A stretch of DNA of 63,650 nucleotides, filler included, from Asterionella formosa (taxonomy: Eukaryota), in the NCBI GenBank assembly GCA_002256025.1. It is 14 parts of 14 records of this genome, joined end to end, with 100 filler letters (N's around TTAATTAATTAA, not from the genome) between each part and the next. Parts side by side here need not be neighbours in the genome. Positions count along the whole stretch, not along the records: positions 44,438 to 61,349 come from NKIB01004679.1; 13 more parts are not named here. One strand, 5' to 3'. The notes beneath the pieces were generated by a model. That model made no database searches, had not been told where the DNA came from, and worked only from the letters and a program-made list of their open reading frames with translations. Within the stretch, counting starts at the first letter, position 1. The number at the start of each line of letters is the position of its first letter. Both the position numbers and the translations under genes were made by a program. Positions 44,680 to 57,228 of this stretch are shown one piece after another.

Positions 44680-47600
44680 CGTTGTAGATGTAAAAGGCAA
44701 GACAACTCGTCGCAAGCCGCTGCCAGTCGTGAACGACTACATCGAGATTCCTAAGGAGCTTATCCAAGCTCAATGCGAAGTGATTCTTTGCATGGATGGA
44801 ATGAAAGTCAATGGACAATCATTTCTCACAACAATTTCTCGAAACATTATGTATAGGACAGCGCAATGGGTCAAGAGTCAGACAGCTGATGTCTATTGAG
44901 ATGCTTTGACTCAGGTATGCTGTGTTTATAATACCGGAAGATTTAAAATTACAACAATCCACTGTAACAATGAGTTTCGACCTTTGATGGAACAAATTTC
45001 CAATGAATTTCAAGTCACTATGAACTACGCAAGCCAACAAGAACATGTTTCCGAAGCGGAGCGAAATAATCGAGTGATTAAAGAACGCGTGCGCGCAGCT
45101 TATCATCAATTACCTTTCAAACATTTGCCGCGACTGATGATTAAGATTCTAGTGACAGAATCTGCAAAGAAACTGAATTTCTTTCCGGCAAAGAACGGGA
45201 TATCCCCGTATTACAGTCCTCGTATGATTTTACATCAACAAAACCTGGACTATGCTCGACATTGCCAGTATACATTTGGCACTTATGTCCAAGCATATGA
45301 AGAACCTGTGTTTTCAAACACTAATGCACCTCGCAGCCTAGATTGCATTTTTCTACGCTACAATGACAATGTGCAAGGAGGTCATGAATTTTTACACCTA
45401 CCTACAAATTCATTGATCACTAGATGAACAGTTACTCCTCTACCACTTACCCCAGCAATCATGAATCAAGTACACGCCATTGCCGCGCAGGAAAATATGC
45501 CAAATGGTCTCAAGATAACAAATCGAATTGGACAACTTTTTTATGATAGTGCTTGGATTGCAGGAGTCGATTATGATGATGAAGCATTTGAAGACGCACA
45601 AGATGAAGATTATGAAGATCAACACACTAGTGACGATGAAAGCAATGATGAAATTCTCGGAGAAGAAGACTACAATGAAATGATTCCGGATGAAATATAT
45701 GAAGCAGAACAGCTCAAATTAAACAACAATACTCAAGAGGATGACCCTGAACCTGACGAGGGCAACAATGAGAATAATACTGAAATGAATTCAGATGAAA
45801 TCCAAGATGAGGATGAAGAGCCAGCAAATGAAACTGAAAATGTAGAGGCAATGTTAGAAGTCAATCCAAGCACCATTGAGGATGACTCAGAACCAAATGT
45901 TAGAACTACAAGGTCTGGAAGAGTCTCAAGACCGCCATCAAAACTAACCATGGTCCAAAATCATTTGCATACCCAAGCACACTGTCAAGAAGAATACACG
46001 CCTGCTAATGCGAAAGTGATCGCAACGACAATGTGTTATATGAATGAGATGTGTATCGATAAAGAAGCATTTCACTTTGTTCAGTCATACAGCTTAAGGA
46101 AAGGCCTCAAGAAATTTGGCCAGAAAGGAAGAGATGCTGCTTATAAAGAAATGAAACAACTACATGACAGGAGTTGTATTTGAACCGATTAGGATTGAAG
46201 ACCTAACTGATATCGAAAAGCGACGTGCAATGGGAAGTCTAATTTTTTGGTTGAAAAGAGTGACAAGAGCATTAAAGGCAGAGCATGTGCCAATGGCAGT
46301 TTGCAACGTGAATACATGGAAAGAGATGAAGCAGCTAGTACAACTACCATGAATGAATCTGTTATGATAACAGCAACAATTGATGCAAAGCAAAATCGCG
46401 ATGTTATGACTGCGGATATACCCACCAATGCATTTGTGCAAGTGTATATCGATGAGCAAGAAAAAGGGGAGCGAATCATTATGAAGATCAGAGGTTAACT
46501 TGTCAATATGTTGACAGAACTCAGCCCCAAGACTTATGAAAAATATGTTGTTTATGAAGGAAACAACAAGGTCCTATATGTTAGGATGATCAAGGCATTA
46601 TATGGCATGTTATAGTCATCATTATTATATTACAAGAAAGTTCGGAAGGATATTGAGTCAATTGGATTCAAGGTCAATCCATATGATCCATGTGTTGCAA
46701 ATCGCATTGTTAATGGCATACAGCACACAGTTACTTGGCACGTAGACGATTTGAAATCTAGTCACGTGGACAGCAAAGTGAATGATCAATTTTTGGAATG
46801 GCTCAAAAAGAAATACGCTTCTGACGAAATTGGTGAAGTCTAGGTCATGCGTGGAAAGAAGCATGATTATTTGGCGATGACACTAGATTACTCTCTTCCA
46901 GGAGTGTTGAGGGTGGACATGACCAAATATGTGAAATCATTGATTGATGATTTTCCAGTGAAACTTGAAAGTGTTGGAAAATTCCCATGGACAGATAAAT
47001 TGTTCACAGTTGATACAAAATCAAAGAAGCTTGAATATGAAAAAGCAAAAATGTTTCATACTTTTGTTATGACAGGAATGTTCCTATGTAAGCAAGGAAG
47101 GCAGGACATTCAACCAGGAATTGCATTTCTGGCAGCCCGAACTACCCAACCAAATGAAGGCGATTGGGCAAAATTAGTCAAGATCATGAATTTCTTGAAA
47201 GCAACTCAGAATGAGGTTGCATCTATGAGTGCTGATGACACTCAGAGCATTAAATGGTACGTTGATGCGGCGTTTGCAGTACATAAAGATTTTAAAAGTC
47301 ACACTGGAGCCACATTGTCACTTGGAAACGGAATTATTTGTGCTATGTCTACGAAATAGAAAGAGAACACTAGAAGTTTGACTGAAGCAGAATTGATTGG
47401 TGTCGATGACATTATATCAAAGGTGTTGTGGACGAAATTATTTATTGAAGCACAAGGACACAAGGTGACTACGAATGTCATTTACCGTGACAACACTAGC
47501 GCAATGAAGCTAGAAGCAAATGGAAAGGCAAGTTCAGGAAAACGCACGCAACATTTCAACATCGAGAATTTTTATATTACTGATCTTATTGAAAGAAAGG

Positions 47601-47713
47601 AAGTACAAATTAAGTACTGTCCAATGGATGCGATGTTAGCAGACTACATGACAAAACCACTGGTTGGAACGAAATTTATTCATTTTCGTCAGCAAATTAT
47701 GAATTCAAAGTGA
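44680..47713 (+). mobile_element. Ty1/copia (diatom CoDi-like) pol pseudogene: integrase - RT - RNase H
   Basis: KGKTTRRKP, EHVSEAERNNRVIKER (integrase), IKGRACANG, KALYGML, PYDPCVAN, WHVDDLKSSH (RT), WYVDAAFAVH, EAELIG, DNTSA, ADYMTKPL (RNase H). At least 6 stops plus frameshifts. Confidence 0.95.
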
Positions 47714-47735
47714 GCATCCGTGTCCAGCAGGAGTG

Positions 47736-48155
47736 TGTTGGAGAAAATATTTTAGGAAAGAAAATCCCGGTATAAATTACCTACTACATATTGAATCGAA
47801 TGAATCATTAAAGAATATGGTACCCGAGAATTCGAAAACAAACTACACCAACAGTAAAACCCATAATTCTATCAAAACTCTTAGGAACGATTACAATCGA
47901 TTACGGCAACATCGTTGTTCATATCTACATCCTATTTGGTCCCTGACGTGTCCTTACAGGATACTACAAGAAAGCATAGAGTGCTTCAGGACGCAATTTC
48001 AACATCATGTACCAAAATGGCACGATCAGCCAGCTATTGCCATAAGCTACATACCGGTAGTATGGACAAAAAGAAGAAATAAGGATTACATGATGCATAA
48101 GACCAGTAATAACAACGAGCACAATGCTTCGATCGCTTTCACGTAAATGTCAACA
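47736..48155 (+). mobile_element. 3' LTR (about 420 bp) of the copia element
   Basis: Follows the purine tract AGCAGGAGTG; begins TGTTG and ends CAACA. 5' boundary confirmed by the copy at 19478. Confidence 0.8.
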
Positions 48156-49695
48156 AAGTGAGTACCGGTACCATTAGTTATGACTCACAGTCGAATGAGT
48201 CGAATATGGTGTACCAACCTCCATCAACCACATTATTTCATTATTCTGCCATAATGAGCCCAACAATTTAAAAAATTGTCCATGAAATCTTATAGTATGT
48301 TAAAGCTATCCAATAATCACACTATAATGAGCCGAACAATAGTATACCCGTAGACTACTGGTATTTGGAAGATATGATCAATGGCTATAAAATTATGATC
48401 AATGAATGTGAGATAGACATGGTTCTATCTATAAATGTATGATCTGACAAAAGCAAACAGCATTTGAAATAAAGTTCATTTGATTATTAAAACCAAACAA
48501 TTCTAATACCCCTTAGTAACTCACAATAAGAATATAGCAATGAATGAGAAATGAATGTCTCTTTCTATGTTCTCCTTTGTCTAATGATAGATCTATCTAG
48601 AAAAGGAAATACTTTAACATAAAAATATGGGTACCTGATACGGAGTAGTCTTTCAGATCCTATGTATCGGTATCCGGAATAATGTACTCCCTTTGGTTGA
48701 ATATAGTTGTGGCAATTCTTAAAATTTCTCTTGCTCAATTGCTCTAGTGATGTGTGCCTTGCTTGAAGATAGTACAGATCCATGCAATATATATACGTAG
48801 TAAATTTAAAATTGGCAACTACATATCAAAATATCAAAAGCATTTTGGGGTTTTTCAATTTTCACATTTACTATCTTGAACAAAATTCAGATGCATCAGA
48901 TGCATGAGGACCCATTTTTTCAAACCATCTAGTGCAGTATTCTCAAAATACATACAAAGTACGATGTAACACTATAACTTCATTCAATTATGGAATGCGC
49001 AACCATGAAAGTGGCGATGATAGGAAGGAAGATAATGATGATTTTGCTTGTTTTGATGATTGGAACTGTTAAATTTCCAGCAGCAGCAGTGGACAGACAG
49101 CTGCTACTAAATTTCTCAATTTCCGCGCCTTCCCACCCTTGCTGGATGTATGCCCATACACCCATAGCTTTCTATTTTCCACCTACCTGGTACCAGGTAC
49201 TGACTGTCGTCCCAGAGAAAGCCAATCTCGACGTGAACAATGGTTTGTATGTATAGCTAGCCGAGATACCGATATGATTATGAGCGGTGCACATTGATAC
49301 ATAAACAACAAGAACCACCCGAAAAAACTTGTAGACCTGGGAGACTCCTACATACAGTACTTGGAGTACCAGGTTTGTTCGGGAAAGCAAATACCGGCAT
49401 TCCGTATGTATGTAGTTGCTACTGGAACCTGGTACCGGGTACTCGTTCTGTGCGAATCATCGCCCAACCAAGCAACAACTGTTTTCGCCAAACGTTCTAC
49501 CGGTACTGTACCTTTGTGCATATTGATGGATCTTCTTGAAGTTGTTTGCTTGTTGCTTTCAGTTTCCGGTAGTTTAAAGTCGTTGCTGCAGTTTGTGTTT
49601 TCATTCGACTAGCTTGCACTGCATTGCATTGTATTACCGTTGTTGTATTGCCACACTAAGCAGAAGCGATATCGCCAGCAGGAAGTCGCATTGCC

Positions 49696-52600
49696 ATGTT
49701 TCAATCTTCCATCCTGTTGCTCCGACGTCGTCAACGTTGTTCCATTCCTCTTCGAGCTTTCTCCTCGACGAAGGAATCCTTTTTGACTGGAACATCGTCC
49801 TTGTATGCAGAATACATGCATGAGCTTTACCAGCAAAAAAGTCCGAGTCTTCCAGAATCATGGAATGCCTACTTCACTGCCTTGGAGGATGCAAAGGAAT
49901 TGGTGATTCCAGATTTTCAGCAACCAACAGCAGTGCCACCCGTCAAGAAGCGACAAAATGTCACCGTGGCGGTATGTTCTTCTGGTTTTGCATGCATGTT
50001 GTCTTTGAATGCGTTTCTGAACTTAGTCTCCATTGCGTCCCAAAATACAACCACCATACTCCAACAACGAACTGCACGATTACTTTAGGACGCGGTACCA
50101 TCCGATTCCTTGGGTGTTTCTCATTTGATACGGGCCTATCAAGTCAATGGTCATATGGCAGCACAATTAGATCCATTGCACCTGCATGCGAAAGAATCAT
50201 TTCCGCAACGACCACTCCATCCACCATCCCTAGATCCAGCCTTCCATGGCTTTTCAAATCAAGACATGGATCGTCCATTGCAATTCAAAGGAACATCCAC
50301 TGGTGGCAACAAGGGCTTTTTAGAAGAATTGGCCATGGCTCCTGGGAAAGTGACATTACGGCATATTTTGGAACGGTTGAGAAGGACCTATTGCGGTACG
50401 TTGGGTGTCGAATATATGCACATTGGTGATTTTGCGAAGTGCAATTGGATACGTGAACGTGTAGAAACGCCTCGATGGCATTCATATAATGTGGAAAAGA
50501 AGCAACACATCTTTGAGCGATTGTGTTTCGCTGATACCTTTGAAACGTATTTGGCGCATAAATTCAATACTACCAAACGGTTTGGATTAGATGGTGGTGA
50601 AGCCATTGTTCCAGCACTCAAAGATGGGATCGACCGTGCATCAGAATTGGGAGCACATTCATTTGTTATTGGCATGCCACATCGAGGACGATTAAACGTA
50701 TTGGCTAATGTCATGAGAAAACCAATGCCATTGATTTTTAGTGAATTTCAAGGAACACATTATGATTTGGATCAACACATCAAGGGAGATCGTGCGTGGG
50801 GGATGAGTGGAGATGTGAAATATCATTTGGGAAGTAGTATGGATCGTACTTATCCAGATGGGAGGAAAGTGCATTTGAGTTTGGTGGCCAATCCATCACA
50901 TTTGGAATGCGTGAATCCCGTTGTGGTGGGTAAGACAAGAGCCAAACAATATTATTGCGGAAACCGGTATGTATACATGTTTGATTGTATATTCATGATG
51001 TGAAGGTTTGTGACTTTTGGAATAAACAAGGACTCACTCTTATTATTGTTATTATATATTACATATAAATGTCATATTCTGACCATTCACAGACCTGAAG
51101 ATGTTCGCAACGTTGTACCCATCTTGTTACACGGAGATGCCGCCTTTGCTGGACAAGGTGTTGTCTATGAAACTATGCAAATGGCAGGAGTAGAAGATTT
51201 CAATGTTGGTGGAACGATTCATGTTATTGTGAATAATCAAATCGGTTTTACTACCAATCCTATACATTCACGTTCTACTCCTTACTGTTCAGATCTTGGG
51301 AAAGCATTCAATTGTCCCATCTTTCATTGTAATGGTGATGATCCATTGGCAGTATCGACCGCGTTAGAAACGGCGGTGGAGTGGCGACATGAGTGGGGTA
51401 CGGATGTTATTATTGATATGGTCTGTTATCGTCGCAATGGACATAATGAGTTGGACCAACCGGCATTTACTCAACCAAAGTTGTACAAGGCCATTAGTCA
51501 TCAAAAGCCAACTTTAGAGATTTTTGAAAAAAGTTTGATCGACGATGGTACCATGACCAAGGAAGAGTGTATCGAGATTCGTAAGTTCGTTACTGACAGT
51601 TATGATCATGACTTCGAGGCTAGTAAAACATATGTTCGAAAGGAAACAGATTGGATGTCCAGTAAGTGGAATGGCTTCAAGGGTCCCAACCAAATTAGTC
51701 GCATTCGTCCCACTGGTGTTGACAAGAATATATTGACTAAGATTGGAATTCAAGCTGGAACTGTCCCGCTTGATTTCAAATTGCATCGTCAAATGGCCAA
51801 GATTTTCCAAGGTCGTCGTGAAATGACGGTACAGGGAGAAGCCATTGATTGGGGCCTTGCGGAAGCAATGGCATTTGGGTCGCTTCTGTTGGAAGGAAAT
51901 CATGTTCGAATCACTGGACAGGATGTGCAGCGTGGTACGTTTTCGCATCGACATGCTGTTGTCAAAGATCAAGAGACAGAAGAAGAGTACACTCCTCTCA
52001 ATTTCTTGGCCAATACCATGGACCCCTCCTCACCAAAGGAGTTGGCGAAGCCAGATACACAAGCCGGATTTACCGCTCGTAACTCAATCCTTTCTGAGTT
52101 TGCTGTTCTTGGGTTTGAACATGGGTACTCTCTTGAGAATCCGAATGCCTTGGTTTTATGGGAGGCTCAGTTTGGAGACTTTGTTAATGGAGCTCAGATT
52201 TTGATCGATCAGTTTATTACTGCTGGAGAAGACAAGTGGCTTCGTCAGTCTGGTCTCGTCATGTTGCTACCGCATGGTTACGATGGGCAAGGAGCCGAAC
52301 ATTCTAGTTGCCGTGTGGAACGATTCTTGCAACAGGTCGATGAAGATCCTCATTACGTACCAGCCATGGCAAGGGACGAGCGTATGCAGATTCAAACCCA
52401 CAACATCCAAGTTGTGAACTGCACCACACCTGCCAATTACTTTCATTGCCTACGTCGTCAGATCCATCGCGACTTTCGCAAACCACTTATTGTGGTATCA
52501 CCCAAGAATTTGCTTCGCAACAAGAGATGTGTGTCTAGTTTGGACGACATGGGTCCAGGTACCCGTTTTCAGCGTGTGATTGATGAACATGATTCGCACA

Positions 52601-53016
52601 TAACTAGCAATCCAGACAATGTCAAGACTCTAGTATTTTGTAACGGTCAGATCTACTACGAGTTATTGGCAGAGCGTGAATCTCGTGGTATCACCGACGT
52701 TGCTTTGGTTCGTTTGGAACAAATTGCTCCGTTTGCATTTGACCGTGTGGCCTCAAATGTTGCCAAATACAAGAATGCCGAATTGGTGTGGGCTCAACAA
52801 GAACCCAAGAATATGGGTGCTTATGCCTACGCCAATCCTCGTATCATGACCGCCACTCGTGAAATCAATGGTGTCGAGAAACGAGCTCGGTATGTCGGAC
52901 GGTCTGTAAGTGCAGCACCTGCGACGGGGATGGGACGTGTCCATCAGAAGGAGTATCAAGATATAATGAATGGTGTCTTCGGAGGACAAGGGAAGGAGCA
53001 GGCCTACGGAGATTAG
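49696..53016 (+). CDS. OGDH: Mitochondrial 2-oxoglutarate dehydrogenase E1; exons 49696..49971, 50089..50966, 51093..53016
   Basis: Arg-rich presequence; KRFGLDGGE, GMPHRGRLN, GDVKYHLG, HGDAAFAGQG, WEAQFGDF, LPHGYDGQGAEHSS. GTATGT..AG introns 49972..50088 and 50967..51092 keep the frame. Confidence 0.97.
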
Positions 53017-53319
53017 AGAAATGTGGTGGCATTCTATTTTCGTCTTTGTTTTCACATAATAGTGACGGGATCGAGTTATAAGCTTAATTTCCGAGTTCTG
53101 TTACATACCACCAAGAAGTTTCACTGTATGATAGTCTTCCTAGAATATCCTGTCGACGAGAACAATGACAAATAAGGAGCCGGACAACTGGACCGTTTCG
53201 AAGCTTCCTGGTTCTGGGCTGAGACTGCGATCATCAAACTCATCCATCGCTTCGCCAACGAATGGAAGTCAACGGGTCTCTACAAATCTTAGTACAAAAA
53301 CCAGAGAAGAAAGCGTTTC

Positions 53320-54396
53320 TTAATCTGATGTTATCTTCAAAACAAAATTGTCACCCCATGTTTCTCGAAAGGGAACCCAGCCTCCAGTGAGTAGGTAAGA
53401 TTTACTATTTGCTTCTCTCTCGATTTCGCAAAGAGTGGCTGCGTTCCGGGGTTGGGGACCATTTCCCCCCTTGTCATCGTCCCATAGTAACTCCCAGCTG
53501 CCCTCGCCACTATGAGTATCAATGTGTAGTGCCCAAACATCGCCTCTGGGATTCAGACCAGCTTCAGTTGCTTCCGCTCCTCCGAAGAGAATGATGCAAT
53601 TTTGTGAATACTCGCACATACAAGGTGCTGCTCGTGGAGTAGGTCCATCCCCAACACGAATTAGTGTCCAGTGCCAGATATCCGTATCAAGAAGGAATGC
53701 TTCATCGGACATGGTTCCCCCTTGCGCAGCCCCACCAAACATGACAACATACTTCCCCATGGTACAAGCGGCATGCAATCCTCTTGAACTCGGCGCTTCT
53801 CCACTGGTTAAAACCTTAGTAAAGCATTGGTTTTCAGCATGAAACACAAATACGTGATCGGTACATCGATGGTTGTGAAACAAGGCTGTGTTGGTATCAA
53901 GCGCCACAACTATGTGACGACTGGCGGGCCCATTTGGAAGCGTGATTGGTAGCTTCTTCCAGCGATTGTTTTGAAGTTTGCTAACTTCATCAAGAATGGT
54001 TCCACCGGTACCGGAACTTTGTGGGTCCCAGCCTCCAAAGAGGAAATATGCATCGCCAAGGAGAGCGCCAGCAGACACAATGCGAGGCCCCGGTATGTCC
54101 CCTGCTGGATCCAATCTCGACCATCCATCCTTCCATTTCCATAGATCATTGACGGCGTAACGAGACGAGTCGTGATCTTCTGCGTATCCACCAAACACAA
54201 AAACAGTCTGGTCAGCAGCCGTCCACGCAACATGGCCTGATCGTCGTGGCAGCAAGTTCGATCGTAGCAGTCTGTCATTTACTTCAAATTCACTCCATTC
54301 CAGTCTGAGACTCTTCTTTGACATCACGGAGAGGCTTTGTGTTGTCAAGATGAAATTGAAGAACAATAAAATGAAGTGGGAGCAAGAAGGCGACAT
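53320..54396 (-). CDS. Kelch-repeat beta-propeller protein with N-terminal signal peptide
   Basis: Repeated FGG..D.W units (RRSGH..VFGG, PGPR..LFGG, PSSRGLH..MFGG, PTPR..LFGG, LTGG). Hydrophobic MSPSCSHFILLFFNFILTTQS leader. Confidence 0.85.
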   Translation of the reverse strand: MSPSCSHFILLFFNFILTTQSLSVMSKKSLRLEWSEFEVNDRLLRSNLLPRRSGHVAWTAADQTVFVFGGYAEDHDSSRYAVNDLWKWKDGWSRLDPAGDIPGPRIVSAGALLGDAYFLFGGWDPQSSGTGGTILDEVSKLQNNRWKKLPITLPNGPASRHIVVALDTNTALFHNHRCTDHVFVFHAENQCFTKVLTSGEAPSSRGLHAACTMGKYVVMFGGAAQGGTMSDEAFLLDTDIWHWTLIRVGDGPTPRAAPCMCEYSQNCIILFGGAEATEAGLNPRGDVWALHIDTHSGEGSWELLWDDDKGGNGPQPRNAATLCEIEREANSKSYLLTGGWVPFRETWGDNFVLKITSD

Positions 54397-54896
54397 TCTC
54401 AATCTGCTTTACATCAAGAAAGATGAGAAATAGAAAGAACGATTCTTCTCATTTGGTGTATCATGTACCATACATATGAATACCGGTACCCCTGGTACCG
54501 GACGGTACCTGGTACCAGGTAGTATACAGCCTACCGATATATGCACACCCGGTTCTAGGAGTAGTAATTATTTCATTTTGCTACCGGTACATACCGTACA
54601 TACATCTCGAATTTTTGGATTATATCGCTCAAAGCTCTGACTGTGCAATGATTGCTCGTTTGTCTGAGCACTTCTTTTATACCAATATTGCAAATAGAAT
54701 GCACAACAGTGCAAACCCTGGTACACCAGGTACCAGGCACCCGGAGCTCCCGTCTCCTATTTGAATGATGATGTTAACATACCGGTACATACGATGGACT
54801 TCACTTCCGGTACCTGGTACCAGGGTTCTATCCATCTACGACCACAGAAGGATAGACAACAAACTGTAACCTGGTACCAGGTACTTGCTTCTGACG

Positions 54897-55745
54897 ATGA
54901 AGAAGTTCGGATCACTATTCTTGGCGTTATTGTTGCGGACAGAAATAGTGGTCACGTCCTCCAGCAACAATGCACATTTTGCATCCCCCATCAAGCATTT
55001 GGAGGCCTCACTTGCTGCTTCCAGCGCTCACAGCACTATTGTAGCCATTAGGTGTGACGATTGCGTGATTTTAGTGTCGAGATCGCAAAAGGAAGAAGCG
55101 TCGGAGTTGATGCCTAGAGAACAAGACTCTGAAACCACAATGTTCGAGGGATTGACAGTATGCAAAGACAGAGGGAACAGATGGAAACGACTTACTTCCA
55201 CTACTGTATGCACCATGACTGGTCTTACAGCTGATGTTCAACACCTAATGGGTGTATTGACGCGGCAAGTGGAATCACATCAAGCGTTGTACTGCGACTC
55301 TCAGCCAATACAATTGACAATACGGAATTTGGCAACCATCTTTCGACGAACAGCTCAACGCGAGGGATCAAGACCGTTTGGAGCTCAGGCGCTCATGGTC
55401 GGACGGGAGGCGAGTGGGTGGCAAATTTACACGGTGGATCCAACTGGGCTCTGGAGGCACTTTGGATCCGGCTCAACCGCGATTGGGAGGCATGCCGACA
55501 AGGTGAAGGAGGCACTCAAAGAAGCACTAGAAGAGGTGCCGGTCCTTAATGCCAAGCTTGGGTTAGATATGGCGTTGTCATCCATTATGAAGGGAGTATC
55601 AAAGTCTAATGAAAAGTTTGACTCGGATACTTACAGTGGCCTTCTGATCTCAATGGACGAAAATGGCTGCTGTCAAATGTCGAAGATTACAGCTGACTCA
55701 ATTGACGAATGCTACAAGCGTTACTTGAAACAGTTATTGATGTAG
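54897..55745 (+). CDS. Divergent 20S proteasome alpha-type subunit with signal peptide
   Basis: STIVAIRCDDCVIL, MTGLTADV, RPFGAQALMVG, IYTVDPTG, TAIGR. Hydrophobic leader MKKFGSLFLALLL. Canonical alpha N-terminal YD..FSP motif absent. Confidence 0.8.
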   Translation: MKKFGSLFLALLLRTEIVVTSSSNNAHFASPIKHLEASLAASSAHSTIVAIRCDDCVILVSRSQKEEASELMPREQDSETTMFEGLTVCKDRGNRWKRLTSTTVCTMTGLTADVQHLMGVLTRQVESHQALYCDSQPIQLTIRNLATIFRRTAQREGSRPFGAQALMVGREASGWQIYTVDPTGLWRHFGSGSTAIGRHADKVKEALKEALEEVPVLNAKLGLDMALSSIMKGVSKSNEKFDSDTYSGLLISMDENGCCQMSKITADSIDECYKRYLKQLLM

Positions 55746-56294
55746 ATTTTTGTGACTTTTACAGTATCATCAAACTGTCAGAGAGCATAGGTAAAGTTGG
55801 ATTCAGATGAAATGATCATCAATTTTGATCTATTTTTGTTTGTTCATATTTTTTAGTAATCAGATGCAACCTTCCCCATAATCAAACATTTGTAAAAGCT
55901 GGGTTGTTTTTGTCTGTTTTTCCTTTAGGTATAACTTCTTCTTCGAGATTCACTGAATTTTAGTTGATACATTCAACAAATGCATTTAATACTTAATGTT
56001 TCTAATTACTTATCTTGGAAAAATTGGCCATTATTATACCCCTTGAGCACTGAAAAGCACGAAGTCAAATGAATCAGCTGATTGACAATGGTGGTGCTCT
56101 TGGTAGTAACAGTGATCTAACACCAGGTTTAATGATAACAGGCTAAAAATTTGACTTCGCTTACATTAAGTTTTTAAGACTAAGGGAATGGCTTATGGTA
56201 GTTGGTTGAGCACGATGCCTTTGATCTGAAGTTGTGTGGTTGAATTCCCGCAATTTTTTTGAGAAGCAATTTGTTGGGCTAGTAAGACAACTGA

Positions 56295-56450
56295 CAGCCT
56301 TGATTGTCTCCAATGGCTTGCCCACTACATCCTCCACAACAGAAGCTTGAACCTAATAATTTCATCAGCCTTAACCGCCTTCCTACGGCATTCATGTTAC
56401 TCACATGAGCGCCCATTGTTGGAAGCATTCTGTCCAAGCAACTCCCCATT
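56295..56450 (-). pseudogene. Decayed LGxNASNNxxSC-family protein, homologous to 7080..7326
   Basis: GELLGQNASNNGRSCE*HECRRKAVKADEIIRFKL / SVVEDVVGKPLETIKAV. Confidence 0.45.
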
Positions 56451-56998
56451 GCAGCGGCCATTGATTGGTGTTGACCTTGTTGTTGACATGAGTAATATAT
56501 AGTATGCATTGGTAGTACCGGTATTACCAGTATTATCAGTCGTCTTTTATGGTAGCATCATTCAATTTCAGCCACAAAAATCAGAATTACAGCACGTTAC
56601 TTTGTCTATGTCTAGAAAATTTTGGCTGTTTGGTGCCACCTCGAAAAAATGTACAGGGGGTCCAGCAACCTCAGGGGGGGGGGCGTCCAGGACAAGATAT
56701 GGTAGCCACTTAAAACATATAGAATCTACATCATTCAGCCTATTCAGAATAATATCAGAATAATTATTGAATAGAAATAGCTGTTAGCCGGAGAATTATT
56801 GAAGCTTGCACTTCATGAGAGGCAGTGACCAAAAGTTTTGTTGCAACTATTCTGGTAGTTGATGAACAAGACAATGGAGTACGAGTACTATGTAGCTGTA
56901 GTATACATGGATCAGGACTACATATACCATAGCTGATGGTACACAGGAAACAAAAATACCTTGTAATGGAATATAATTCAAGGTGAAAATTTTATTTA

Positions 56999-57228
56999 CC
57001 AAACAAGGTTGACCTTGTATTGGCTAGCTTCATCGTTAGGGATGCAAATCCGTGCTCTCGCCAATACAAGGAAATAGGTTCGTTTTTCCAATATAAGGTA
57101 GTATTTCATGAAATGAGCTGAATTTCTTCCAATAAAAGGTATGAATAGTTTCTCCGAAATAGGGTTTCATTTCCAATACAAGGTGAACCTTAGATTGATT
57201 CTACTATTTCGCATCCACCTTGTATTGG
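56999..57228. repeat. Array of seven CCAATACAAGG-like motifs in both orientations
   Basis: At about 56999, 57013 (rc), 57061, 57088, 57129, 57173 and 57218 (rc). Confidence 0.75.

Noticed and set aside
56652..56700. TA|CAGGGGGTCC as a Tc1/pogo-like terminus
   Set aside because: No partner inverted repeat found in the contig.
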